NCBI GenBank assembly: GCA_050732635.1
Contig: JBOHRE010000004.1
Span: 1,518-65,517 of the forward strand
Origin: Longimicrobiales bacterium
Lineage (GTDB): Bacteria; Gemmatimonadota; Gemmatimonadetes; Longimicrobiales; RSA9
Reading direction: 5' to 3'
Length of the DNA: 64,000 nt
Made by a program: the position numbers and the translations under genes. Shown here in pieces: positions 63,905-64,000 of the stretch; the stretch's first letter is position 1; each line of letters opens with the position of its first letter. Below the pieces are notes generated by a model. That model was not told the origin of the DNA. It ran no database searches and was given only the letters and a program-made list of their open reading frames with translations.

Positions 63905-64000
63905 AGAAACCTCCTCATACTGACTTGCGTTGGAAAGCTCGCTGCAGTTCGAATGCGGCCTCGATATTCAACATGTCCTCCTTAGCTAGAGTCACAGTCG

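Noticed and set aside
37938-64000. A classical integron cassette array
   Set aside because: I looked on the coding (minus) strand for attC structure between cassettes, meaning RYYYAAC...GTTRRRY inverted core sites 55-140 nt apart. Several spacers contain no GTT at all (41119-41178, 56006-30, 60380-60412). Others hold only short simple hairpins. The one RYYYAAC/GTTGATC pair, near 47650, is only ~13 nt apart. No intI or attI lies in the window. An integrase beyond 64000 cannot be excluded.

Overview
This is a 64-kb high-GC bacterial chromosomal segment. I recognise no rRNA, complete tRNA, CRISPR array, transposase, integrase or phage gene. A PadR regulator paired with duplicated MacB-type 'ADOP' permeases, plus many DinB, VOC and YciI genes, suggests a soil Gemmatimonadota/Acidobacteriota-like organism; that is inference only. 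The layout has three parts. (i) 1-13.2 kb is a plus-strand block: uvrA, then one operon with an M16 peptidase pair and an amidohydrolase pair ending at a clear hairpin plus T-tract, then an orphan PAS/GAF histidine kinase. (ii) 13.2-37.9 kb is mostly minus strand. It holds NUDIX, F420-reductase-like, MOSC, DDAH and ring-cleaving dioxygenase genes, DinB genes, an uncharacterised envelope operon, an orphan ADOP permease, an AlkZ/YcaQ-type glycosylase, ankyrin, YciI, a FEN-type exonuclease, PadR-ADOP, an arginase-family gene and beta-carbonic anhydrase. (iii) 37.9-64 kb is an almost uninterrupted minus-strand array of about 35 small genes. It contains 8 VOC/glyoxalase genes, 4 class I methyltransferases plus 1 pseudogene, 2 ICMT-like genes, ABM, NTF2, SRPBCC, an MBL-fold hydrolase, HAD, an ECF42 sigma with YciI, and homologues of all three aminoglycoside-modifying enzyme classes. 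GC is visibly lower here. The strongest leads are all in or near part (iii): the cassette-array-like organisation without integron machinery, four 5'-truncated gene remnants that sit directly after intact genes, a diverged ~170-bp direct repeat bracketing 5.9 kb next to a tRNA-3'-end-like 27-mer, and a five-copy REP-like repeat cluster (in part ii) that rewrites the DDAH 3' end. CDS coordinates include the stop codon. All family calls come from reading motifs by eye; no database search was run.
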